Assembly: GCA_043750125.1 (NCBI GenBank)
Contig: JAYVCD010000234.1
Location: 1 to 10,550 of the forward strand
Direction of reading: 5' to 3'
Length of the DNA stretch: 10,550 nucleotides
DNA from: Archangiaceae bacterium
GTDB lineage: Bacteria; Myxococcota; Myxococcia; Myxococcales; Myxococcaceae
Shown here: positions 1-7,631 of the stretch, one piece after another
Position numbering within the stretch: the first letter of the stretch is position 1
How the letters are laid out: each line of letters begins with the position of its first letter
Notes under the pieces: generated by a model
Database searches by the model: none
Told to the model about the DNA's origin: nothing
The model's input: only the letters and a program-made list of their open reading frames with translations
Program-made: the position numbers and the translations under genes

Positions 1-328
1 CTATTACGGCAGCCTCGCCGAGCCCGCGTTCCGGTACGCGTCGGTGTCGACGAAGACCGGCGGCGTGGTGGGCTCGATCTGCGATGCCTCATTCGAAAAC
101 ACGCTGGTCTCGATCGCCGAGGCGCTCAACACCCTGCGTCGGGTCTTCCCGCTGACACTCAAGCCGCTGCTGTCGTCGCTGACGGTGACCGTGAACGGGG
201 TGGTGATTCCGCAAGATCCGATCAACGGCTGGCAGTACCGAGCGGACACCAACAGCATCGTGTTTCTCGGAACCTACATTCCTCCTCCGGGGGCGATTCT
301 TCGCCTCGAGTACGCGTTCGCCAAATGA
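1..328 (+). CDS. 3' end of a probable VWA-domain secreted/surface protein of myxobacterial type (5'-truncated by the window edge)
   Basis: The frame is open from position 2 (YYGSLAEPAFRYASVSTKTGGVVGSICDASFENTLVSIAEAL...) to TGA at 326-328. RYxxxxxxTGGxxxSICD resembles the end of a VWA fold. It is followed by a beta-rich tail (FPL...VTVNG...GWQY...NSIVF...PPPGA.L.LEY) like those of myxobacterial VWA proteins. No MIDAS motif is visible in the window. Confidence 0.55.
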   Translation, partial: YYGSLAEPAFRYASVSTKTGGVVGSICDASFENTLVSIAEALNTLRRVFPLTLKPLLSSLTVTVNGVVIPQDPINGWQYRADTNSIVFLGTYIPPPGAILRLEYAFAK

Positions 329-1719
329 CCCGCGCCCTATTCCTGATGATGTTCGCGTTGCTCGCTTCGGGATGCTCGCGCACGGCGCTCAACGCCGACT
401 GTCCCAACGGCTACACCTTCAACGGCGACAAGTGCATCTGCTCGACCGACGAAGGCTGCCCCACCGGGTACTCGTGTGAAGAAGGGCTGTGCCAGTGCCG
501 CACGACAAGCTGTTGCCCGCTGGGGTACGAGTACTCGACGGGTTCCGAGGCGTGCGTCTGCCGCGCCGAGGCCTGCTGCCCCAAAGATCACCGGTGGATC
601 GCCTCTGAGAACAAGTGCACCTGTGCGGCGCAGAATTGCTGCCCCGATGGCTACACGTTCAACGACGCGACCAAGAGTTGTGAGTGCGCCGGCGATGCGT
701 GCTGCCCGGTCGGTTACGTCTTCGATGCCTCGCCGACCAAGCTTGCGTGTGTCTGCGCTTCGACCGCCTGCTGCCCGGTGGACTTCGTCTACGACGCGCT
801 GGCGAAGGACTGCGTTTGCGCGAAAGACTCCTGCTGCCCGCCGAACCACAAGTACAGCCCCACCGTCCGCGCCTGCGTCTGCATCGGCGATTCATGCTGT
901 CCGACCGGGTACAAGAAGGACCCCGGAATGGAACGATGCGTCTGCATCAGCGACGCGGCGTGTGGGGTCAACAACGTCTGCGACCCGGTCAGCGGCGCGT
1001 GCAAGTGCCTCAACGACCTGGGCTGCAAGACCGGCAACTTCTGCAACGCGATCGGCTTTTGCCAGTCGATCGCGGCGTGCACGAGCAACGCCGATTGCCC
1101 GACGGCGTACTTCTGCGACATCACCAACAACCAGTGCATCCCCACCGGGCCGTGCACGCTCGACGAGCACTGCCCGCTGGACAACATCTGCAACGCGACC
1201 ACCGCCGCCTGCAAGCCGGGCTGCCGAAAAGATGGCGACTGCGCTCCGAAGAAGACCTGCAACAACGGCACGTGCAGCAGCTTCTGCCGCGACAACTCGT
1301 ACTGCCCGGTCAATCAGTTCTGCAACAAGACCAGCGGCGCCTGCGCAGCGCGGGCGAGCCGGCCGGACTGCAAGGCGTGCTCGAACGCCACCGCAGAGTG
1401 CGACCTGGGCAGCTTCGGGTCTCCGGGCTTCATCGCGGGCCACTGCCTGGGGTTCGTGAGCGAAGGCACCACGTCGCGGTTCTGTGGGCTGGAATGCGCG
1501 AGCAATGATGACTGCCCCGCGGGGTTCGATTGCGGCGGAGTGATCTTCGATTGTTCGACCTCGATGAGCCTCGGCTGCGACGGCTTCACCTGTAAGTCGT
1601 ACCTGGTGGAGAACGAGACGGGCCCGCAGTTCTTCTGCTCAGACCCGGCGGGACCGCACGAGTTCTTCAAAGCGTGTGCGCCGAGCTCCGGGTTCTGCCC
1701 GGCGACGACCGCGCCTTAA
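325..1719 (+). CDS. Cysteine-rich repeat lipoprotein (464 aa, 73 Cys by manual count)
   Basis: The signal peptide MTRALFLMMFALLASG-C ends in a lipobox. The start overlaps the upstream stop (ATGA, 325-328). Third codon positions are strongly GC-biased. Two families of Cys repeats are present. Confidence 0.9.
   Translation: MTRALFLMMFALLASGCSRTALNADCPNGYTFNGDKCICSTDEGCPTGYSCEEGLCQCRTTSCCPLGYEYSTGSEACVCRAEACCPKDHRWIASENKCTCAAQNCCPDGYTFNDATKSCECAGDACCPVGYVFDASPTKLACVCASTACCPVDFVYDALAKDCVCAKDSCCPPNHKYSPTVRACVCIGDSCCPTGYKKDPGMERCVCISDAACGVNNVCDPVSGACKCLNDLGCKTGNFCNAIGFCQSIAACTSNADCPTAYFCDITNNQCIPTGPCTLDEHCPLDNICNATTAACKPGCRKDGDCAPKKTCNNGTCSSFCRDNSYCPVNQFCNKTSGACAARASRPDCKACSNATAECDLGSFGSPGFIAGHCLGFVSEGTTSRFCGLECASNDDCPAGFDCGGVIFDCSTSMSLGCDGFTCKSYLVENETGPQFFCSDPAGPHEFFKACAPSSGFCPATTAP
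490..936 (+). repeat. Seven tandem protein-level repeats of about 21 aa: CxC-x4-CCP-xx-[YHF]-x8-10
   Basis: CQCRTTSCCPLGYEYSTGSEA, CVCRAEACCPKDHRWIASENK, CTCAAQNCCPDGYTFNDATKS, CECAGDACCPVGYVFDASPTKLA, CVCASTACCPVDFVYDALAKD, CVCAKDSCCPPNHKYSPTVRA, CVCIGDSCCPTGYKKDPGMER. Confidence 0.9.
943..1344 (+). repeat. Six tandem 4-Cys repeats C-xx[DN]xx-C-x5-C-x4-6-C (common myxobacterial Cys-rich module)
   Basis: Examples: CISDAACGVNNVCDPVSGAC, CTSNADCPTAYFCDITNNQC, CTLDEHCPLDNICNATTAAC, CRKDGDCAPKKTCNNGTC, CRDNSYCPVNQFCNKTSGAC. Confidence 0.85.
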
Positions 1720-2543
1720 GACTTGAGCGACAGTCCGATGCGGTAGAGCTCTTTGGCCGGCCAGCCGCTGGCCCCGGCCACCTGGGTCGAGAGCGCCTTG
1801 AGCTTCTCGCCGCGCGCAAGCCCGCTCGCCAGCGCGTTGCGAACTTCGGGCTCGAGCCAGCGCGTCGTGCCGGTGCGGCCCTCGACGACGATGACGACTT
1901 CGCCTTTAACTTCCTGGCCGGAGTAGCGCGCTACGAGCTCGCGCAGAGTGCCGCGGACGAACTCTTCGTGCAGCTTGGTCAATTCGCGGCCGACGCAGGC
2001 GCGGCGATTTCCCAGAAGCTGTTCCAGCCGCGTCAAGGTCTGGTCGATGCGCCGGGGCGATTCGTAGAGGACGAGGGTCGCCGACAGCCCGCTGACCTCT
2101 TCGAGCATCGCGTCGGCGTCGCTTCCGGTGCGGGGAAGAAACCCGAGGAAATGAAAGCGCGCGGTGGGCAGCCCACTGGCCGAGAGCGCGGAGATCAGCG
2201 CGGTGGGACCGGGAATGGGAATGACGACGATCTGCCGTTCGACCGCCTCAGCGACCAACCGTTCGCCGGGGTCGCTGACGGCCGGGCTGCCCGCGTCGGT
2301 GATCAGCGCGCAGTCTTCTCCGGCTTCGATCCGGTCGAGCAGAGTGCCGGCCCGTTCTCCTTCGGCGAAGGCCGGAAGACTGACGGTGGGCTTCTTGATC
2401 CCGCAGTGGTCGAGAAGAATCCGCGAATGACGGGTGTCTTCGCAGGCGATGAAGTGCACTTCCTTCAGCGTGGACACCGCGCGGGCGGTGATGTCTTCGA
2501 GATTTCCAATCGGAGTGGCGACGAGGAAGAGCCGCCCGCTCAA
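1716..2543 (-). CDS. rsmI: 16S rRNA (cytidine(1402)-2'-O)-methyltransferase
   Basis: Diagnostic motifs LVATPIGNLEDIT, ACEDTRHS, TDAGSPAVSDPG, LYESPRRI and RELTKLHEE are present. The TTG start overlaps the upstream TGA (TTGA, 2543-2540). Confidence 0.96.
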   Translation of the reverse strand: MSGRLFLVATPIGNLEDITARAVSTLKEVHFIACEDTRHSRILLDHCGIKKPTVSLPAFAEGERAGTLLDRIEAGEDCALITDAGSPAVSDPGERLVAEAVERQIVVIPIPGPTALISALSASGLPTARFHFLGFLPRTGSDADAMLEEVSGLSATLVLYESPRRIDQTLTRLEQLLGNRRACVGRELTKLHEEFVRGTLRELVARYSGQEVKGEVVIVVEGRTGTTRWLEPEVRNALASGLARGEKLKALSTQVAGASGWPAKELYRIGLSLKS

Positions 2544-4822
2544 GAGGGCTTCTCTTTGATCAACCGGCCGTACGCCTCACCCAGCTCGAGGCGAAAGGTG
2601 TCGCCGCCACTGTCGACCTTGCCCCCGTCGGGCTGGGGGCCCAGGTAGAGCGCGACGAAGTGCCGCAAGTCATCGCCCCGCTGGGCGTCGGCGCGCTCGA
2701 TTCGAACTCCGAAGCCGTGCTGCCCGTCGTCGCGGGGCGCGACATGGCGCACCTCGGCCCGAACGATGACTGCCGCCGCGAGGTGAGACGAGGGAGGGAA
2801 CTCGAGCTCGATCGGATCTCCGGCGTGGGCGGTGGCCTGGGCAATGACGTAGAGCCCGCCCGCGCTGACGTTCTCGACCATTCCCGGCACTGTTTGCCCG
2901 GCGAGCCGGATCAAAACGGGTGCCAGGGTGGGCAGCCGGGGAGAAAACCGTTCGGGGTCTCCTTCGAGACCGCTGCCGACGAACAGCCACGCCTTGGTGC
3001 TGTCGGTAAACCCCTTGAGCTCGAGGCCGCCAATCGAGTGAAACGAGTAGTGGCCGCGGCAGGCCTGGTACGTCTCTTCGGATACCAGCATCCCTCCGGG
3101 AGGAGCCTTGCCCTCGAGTCGGGAGGCGAGGTTCACGGTCGGCCCGAGCACCGAGTATTCGAGCTTCGCGTCGACCGCGCCCAGGTTCCCGACGAAGGCT
3201 TCGCCGCTGGCGACCCCGATGCGAATGGCGATCCCGGTTTTGCCCTGGGTCGCCCACAAGCGCTGCAGGCGCCCGACTTCTTCGAGCATTTCCATTCCGA
3301 CGGTCACCCCGTGCCGGGGGTGATCGGGGTGCGGAATGGGATCGCCGAACACCGCGAAGATCCCATCGCCCATCACCTTGTCGATGCGGCCGTGGTGCTT
3401 CTTCACCACCTGGGTCATCGCCTCGAGGAACTCCCGAAGCGACTGAACCACCTGCTCGGCGGACAGCTCGTTGGATGCGCCGGTGTAGCCCTTGATTCCG
3501 CAGAACAGGACCGTGAGGTTCTTCTTCGCCCCTCCGAGCGCGAGGTAGCGCTCAGGGTCCTCGAGCAGCTGCCCGAGCACCGAGGGGTCGACATAGGGCT
3601 CAAACGCGTTGCGCAGCAGCTGCCGTTCATCGCGCTGGGCGATCAGCCGGGTTCCCAGGGCGCCGGCGAACGCGAGCACCCCGCCCAGCAACGGACCCAA
3701 CGGCGAGACCACCCACCCCTGCCCCACGGCCCACAGGCAAGAGGCGAGGAAGCCGACGAGAACGATCGTCACCCCGACGAGGGCGAGGGCGGGACGCAGG
3801 CGCAGCGCGATCGCGACGCCCAGGACGATCAGCAGTAGAACGAGCAGTGCGCTGGTGGCGGGCGACGCTTCGCGCATCGTCTGGCCCTCGAGCAGATCGC
3901 TGAGCAGCGCCGCCTGGACGGCGACCCGTGGCAACGCAGGCGCTCCCCCCGCTTCTGCGCCGACCGGCGCGGCGGTCTGACCAATCACCAGGTACTTGTC
4001 TTTGAGCAGCGCGCGAAGCGAGCCCGGAGACGACTTCAACTCGGAAAGGAACCAGCCCAATGACCTTCGATTTTCGGCGGGAAGATCGCGGTGGGTGGTG
4101 ATCGCGGTGGCGTTGGAATTGACCGGGAAGGTGCTGGCGCCGACGACGAAGAAGTCGGGCTCCTGCCGGATGTCCGCGGGGGCGATGCCGTTGGCGCGGG
4201 CGAAGGCTGCGAGTGCGAGGGCCGGCAGCCGGCGACCTCTCGATTCGAGCCACCAATGCGAGCCGCGGGAAACGCCCACCGCAGACTCGAGGGGGTCGAC
4301 ATGGGCAAGGGTCACGCTGTTGCTGAGCTTGTCGGCCGGGAACTGAAACCCGCTGCAGTGCTGCGCGGGCGTTGCGCCCATGGTGGCCAGCAGCGCGGGC
4401 ATTCGATCCGTGGCAGCCACGCTCTGAACGCATTGGGCGGCGAGGACGACCTGCCCCCAATCGGCGGCGGCGGTGGCGAGCGTCAGATCGTCGGCAGGGT
4501 CTTTCGAAGGGTCGGTGAAGAAAGTGTCGAACGCGGCGACCCTGGCTCCAGCTCCTGAAGCGGTGGTGACGATTTGCGCGTAGACGTCGCGGCGCACCGG
4601 CCAGCCCAGCTCGCGCAGGCTTTGATCATCGACCTCGATCACCAGCACCTGGGAATTCCAGGGGCGAGGCGCGCGGGCGGACATCAACAGGGCCTGGGCG
4701 CGTTCTTCCAGCCCACGCCAGGGGCGGGTCCAGCCGAAAGCGACGGTGAGGATTGCAATGGCGCCGGCGATCAAAGCGCTGCGGGTCAACGACTGGAGAC
4801 GGGTGCGTTGGGTTGGCTTCAC
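2540..4822 (-). CDS. Membrane protein of about 760 aa: TM, CHASE2, 3 TM, class III adenylate/guanylate cyclase-like domain, PilZ
   Basis: A GTG at 4822 has GAGGA 7 nt upstream, just after the yraN stop; the ORF-track extension to 5284 overlaps yraN. CHASE2 motifs: VLVIEVDDQSLRELGWPVRRDVYA, AFDTFFTDPS..DDLTLA, LKDKYLVIG. Three hydrophobic helices follow. Cyclase motifs: TVLFCGIKGYT, IDKVMGDGIFAVFG, IRIGVASG, VNLASRLE, LKGF. PilZ motifs: RFSPR and NVSAGG. Confidence 0.9.
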   Translation of the reverse strand: MKPTQRTRLQSLTRSALIAGAIAILTVAFGWTRPWRGLEERAQALLMSARAPRPWNSQVLVIEVDDQSLRELGWPVRRDVYAQIVTTASGAGARVAAFDTFFTDPSKDPADDLTLATAAADWGQVVLAAQCVQSVAATDRMPALLATMGATPAQHCSGFQFPADKLSNSVTLAHVDPLESAVGVSRGSHWWLESRGRRLPALALAAFARANGIAPADIRQEPDFFVVGASTFPVNSNATAITTHRDLPAENRRSLGWFLSELKSSPGSLRALLKDKYLVIGQTAAPVGAEAGGAPALPRVAVQAALLSDLLEGQTMREASPATSALLVLLLIVLGVAIALRLRPALALVGVTIVLVGFLASCLWAVGQGWVVSPLGPLLGGVLAFAGALGTRLIAQRDERQLLRNAFEPYVDPSVLGQLLEDPERYLALGGAKKNLTVLFCGIKGYTGASNELSAEQVVQSLREFLEAMTQVVKKHHGRIDKVMGDGIFAVFGDPIPHPDHPRHGVTVGMEMLEEVGRLQRLWATQGKTGIAIRIGVASGEAFVGNLGAVDAKLEYSVLGPTVNLASRLEGKAPPGGMLVSEETYQACRGHYSFHSIGGLELKGFTDSTKAWLFVGSGLEGDPERFSPRLPTLAPVLIRLAGQTVPGMVENVSAGGLYVIAQATAHAGDPIELEFPPSSHLAAAVIVRAEVRHVAPRDDGQHGFGVRIERADAQRGDDLRHFVALYLGPQPDGGKVDSGGDTFRLELGEAYGRLIKEKPS

Positions 4823-4842
4823 GACACAATCCTCACCCGCTT

Positions 4843-5226
4843 CTAGAAACCGGCATCGAAGGCGTTGGGCAGGTGCTCCACTCTCGCATCGGCGCCCCTC
4901 CCGACGACGGAAATTACGTCGAACCGCACCGGAACCCGTTCGAGCAGCCGTTCGCGCTGCATCCACCAGAGGGCGGCTTTCACCACCTTGCGCTGCTTGG
5001 CGAAGATCACCGATTCGGCTGGAACCCCCCAGACATCGGTCGCCCGGCTGCGGACTTCGACAAAGCAGTGAACGGTGTCCTTGACCGCGATGATGTCGAT
5101 CTCTCCATGCCGGCAGTTGACGTTTCGCTCGAGAATCTCGTACCCGTCGCGCTCGAGCAGCGCGACCGCGAGTGCTTCTCCCCGGTCGCCGAATTGGCGA
5201 CGGGTGTCCTGCCCTGGTCCTTCCAT
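4843..5226 (-). CDS. yraN: YraN family (UPF0102) putative PD-(D/E)xK-type endonuclease
   Basis: GDRGEALA..LL..GYEILERN...GEIDII...FVEVRSR...KQRKV...RFDVI...EHLPNAF. The 127-aa length fits the family. Confidence 0.93.
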   Translation of the reverse strand: MEGPGQDTRRQFGDRGEALAVALLERDGYEILERNVNCRHGEIDIIAVKDTVHCFVEVRSRATDVWGVPAESVIFAKQRKVVKAALWWMQRERLLERVPVRFDVISVVGRGADARVEHLPNAFDAGF

Positions 5227-5246
5227 CTGTGCCCCCTGGCCCCGCT

Positions 5247-7142
5247 CTACAGGGCCAACACCGGATCGGTTGGGGAAGCAGCATGGCTCAAAGGGGTGAC
5301 ATGCAGAATCTGGGTCAGCGTGCCCAGGTGCTTGAGCATGCGAATCACCAGCGCAAGCTTGGCGTCGCCCAGCACGCTGCGAAACGCGTCTTCGAAGACG
5401 ACCGGCACCTTGGACTGGGCCGAGTACTTCTCGACCAGGGTGAGGCGAATCGAGAGGTAGACGAGGTCGAGATCCTTTCCCGGAAGGTCACCCGCCGGAA
5501 CCGTGCGCCCGGGAGCGAGCACCCGGGCCCGCCCGTCTTTGTCGACCTCGACCCCATGCAGCCGGCGATCGGTGAGGGCGGCGATGTACTGCACGCTGCG
5601 GTCCTTGAGCACGCCCCACAGCGTCGGGACATCGACATTGAAGAGGTCCGCGCCCAGCACCATCAGCGCCGGCACCGGATCATCGAAGGTCTCGGTCGGT
5701 TCGGTCGGGACGGCCTGAAGCTCTTCGACGACGGGGGCCGCCACCGGCTCGGGGGGTCGACCCAGCGCATCCCTGTTCTTGGCCAGGTCGCGCACGATCT
5801 CGCGCTCATCGCGCACATAGCCCCCGCTCATCTCGAGCAGGCGGGCGGTGATCTGGTCCTGCTCGGCTTTCAGCTTCCCGGCCTGGGCGAGCGCCTGCGC
5901 GGTCTGGGGGTCTGCTTCCATCTGGGCCAGGGTGGCCTTCGCTGCGGCGGCGGTCGCTTCGAGCTCAGGACGGCGGGACAGCTTCGCGGCAAATTCGTCG
6001 GCGGTGTCGACCGAGGCGGCGGTGAGCGCGGCCTTCACCTGCGCCTCGAAGCCCGCGAAGTCGTCATTGAGCTTCTTTTCACGAGACGAAAACAGATCGA
6101 CCCGGTTCGACTGTCGCCCGACCACCTGGAGCTCTTCGATGTGCTTGAGCGCCACCAACGCGCCGAAGGTGAACGCGGGAATTCCAAGTAAGGCGAGGTA
6201 GCGGCCCCCTTTTTCGAGGAAGGCGGCGGTTCCGACCAACGCCACTCCGGCGGCGAGCGCGCCGATGAAGCGGGCGTCCTTCTGCAGGGCGGGCACCGAG
6301 ATGCTGGCCCGCGATTCTTCAGCGTTCGCCTGCTCGTCGACGACCTTCTGCACCGCGTCGTCGCGCTTCTGCAGCTCGAGCGGGTAGCGTTTGACCTTCT
6401 CGAGAATGTCGGGAGCAAGCCCGAGCGAAGCGAACGTCGGCACGCTGGCCACTTCCTGGGTCGCCCGCTGCACCACGGCCTTCGCGTCGTCCCAGGCTTT
6501 GACCTTCGACTCGAGCTTGAACAGCTCGGCCTGCAACCCGTCCTGGCGAAACTGGATCTCGCGAATCTGTTTGCTCATCGCGAGCTCTTTTTGAAGCTCC
6601 TCGATTTTCGCTTTCGCTTCCTGGGCGTCGAGGCTCAGCACCGGCGCTTCGGGAAGGGGAGCCCGGGTGACGGTGGCCTTCGGTCGGGCCTTGTCGGTGG
6701 CCTTCGATTTGGGGCGACGGCTGGGCAGCTGGCCTGAGGAGAAAGTGAACAGCTGCTCGAAGGTGGTGCGCGGGGGCATTCCGACGGTCGACCTCAAGAC
6801 CCCGGCCATCTCGGCAGAGTCCTGGGTGACGACTTCGAACTGGTTGTTGGTGCGGTTGAGCCGATGAAGGCTTCCCGCGCCGCCCAGCTCGCGCACCAGG
6901 CGCCAGGCACTCTCGTCGTTGCCCTGAAACGAGAAGCCGGCTTTGCCCGATTTGGCTCCCGCGGCGAGGAACGTCGCATCGCCGCCCCGCCCATCTGGGA
7001 AGCACAGCGCGACGAGCAGCCCGGCCACTGGGCTGGGGGTCTCGGTCGGGCTCTTCAAAACCAGGTAGCCGGGCTTGAGGGCGACGCGCGCCGCAGGGGA
7101 AAAACCCCGCACCGACTGCGCCGCCAATTCAAGGAGAAGCAC
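5247..7142 (-). CDS. SMC/Rad50/SbcC-like (YhaN-like) coiled-coil protein with degenerate ABC-ATPase motifs and a central transmembrane hairpin
   Basis: The N-terminus LLELAAQSVRGF resembles the first SMC head strands. Two long heptad-rich segments flank a hydrophobic hairpin. The C-terminal DLVYLSIRLTLV...PVVFEDAF...QILHVT aligns by eye with the signature helix, Walker B and H-loop region. No Walker A GxxxxGK[ST] occurs at the expected position. The GTG start lies 24 nt after the rplS stop. Confidence 0.72.
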   Translation of the reverse strand: MLLLELAAQSVRGFSPAARVALKPGYLVLKSPTETPSPVAGLLVALCFPDGRGGDATFLAAGAKSGKAGFSFQGNDESAWRLVRELGGAGSLHRLNRTNNQFEVVTQDSAEMAGVLRSTVGMPPRTTFEQLFTFSSGQLPSRRPKSKATDKARPKATVTRAPLPEAPVLSLDAQEAKAKIEELQKELAMSKQIREIQFRQDGLQAELFKLESKVKAWDDAKAVVQRATQEVASVPTFASLGLAPDILEKVKRYPLELQKRDDAVQKVVDEQANAEESRASISVPALQKDARFIGALAAGVALVGTAAFLEKGGRYLALLGIPAFTFGALVALKHIEELQVVGRQSNRVDLFSSREKKLNDDFAGFEAQVKAALTAASVDTADEFAAKLSRRPELEATAAAAKATLAQMEADPQTAQALAQAGKLKAEQDQITARLLEMSGGYVRDEREIVRDLAKNRDALGRPPEPVAAPVVEELQAVPTEPTETFDDPVPALMVLGADLFNVDVPTLWGVLKDRSVQYIAALTDRRLHGVEVDKDGRARVLAPGRTVPAGDLPGKDLDLVYLSIRLTLVEKYSAQSKVPVVFEDAFRSVLGDAKLALVIRMLKHLGTLTQILHVTPLSHAASPTDPVLAL

Positions 7143-7166
7143 CGGCCTGCTGCCCTGGGGAAAGTC

Positions 7167-7547
7167 TTACTTGGAAGCGGCGGGAACGGCGTCTTCGCGA
7201 TCTTCGAGCGCGTCGACCTTCGCCGCCTTGCCGCGCAGACCGCGGAGGTAGAAGAGCCGGTTGCGCGCGACATCGCCGCGAGAGAGGACGTCGATCGTCT
7301 CGTAGCGGGGGCTGTGGAGGGGGAAGATGCGCTCGACGCCGACGCCGAAGCTCATCTTGCGGACGGTGAAGGTGGCGCGGCTTCCGCCTTTGGTCTTGCG
7401 GATCACGATGCCCTCAAAGGCCTGGACGCGCTCTTTCTCGCCTTCCTTGATCTTCCAGTTCACGCGAACGGTGTCTCCGGTGCGAAACAGCGGAGCAGTC
7501 TTGCGGATCTGACGGTCTTCGATGAACTGGAGCATCGCGGCTTGCAT
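7167..7547 (-). CDS. rplS: 50S ribosomal protein L19
   Basis: FRTGDTVRV..KIKEGEKERVQAFEGIVI...TFTVRKMSFGVGVERIFPLHSP...RNRLFYLRGLRGKAA. ATG at 7547 is preceded by the SD-like AAGGTG. Confidence 0.97.
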   Translation of the reverse strand: MQAAMLQFIEDRQIRKTAPLFRTGDTVRVNWKIKEGEKERVQAFEGIVIRKTKGGSRATFTVRKMSFGVGVERIFPLHSPRYETIDVLSRGDVARNRLFYLRGLRGKAAKVDALEDREDAVPAASK

Positions 7548-7602
7548 GGTCGACACCTTGTGAAACAGGCCCTGAAACGGGCGAATGGAAAATGGGACGG
7601 CG

Positions 7603-7631
7603 CGGATACCAGACTTGACCTTCGGCTTCAA
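7603..7631 (-). promoter_or_regulatory. Putative sigma70-type promoter for the rplS operon
   Basis: The minus strand reads TTGAAG (7631-7626), a 17-nt spacer, then TATCCG (7608-7603), with an extended -10 TGn. The -10 match is imperfect. Confidence 0.45.

Noticed and set aside
325-1719. Multiheme cytochrome or metallothionein interpretation of the Cys-rich protein
   Set aside because: There are no CxxCH motifs. The lipobox and even Cys count favour an exported, disulfide-bonded protein.
5040-5070. YraN FVEVR instead of FVEVK as an inactivating change
   Set aside because: EVR is a common natural variant in the YraN family.
4823-5284. N-terminal extension of the 914-aa ORF
   Set aside because: It overlaps yraN in another frame and is Arg-rich and unstructured. 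A GTG with a good SD exists at 4822.
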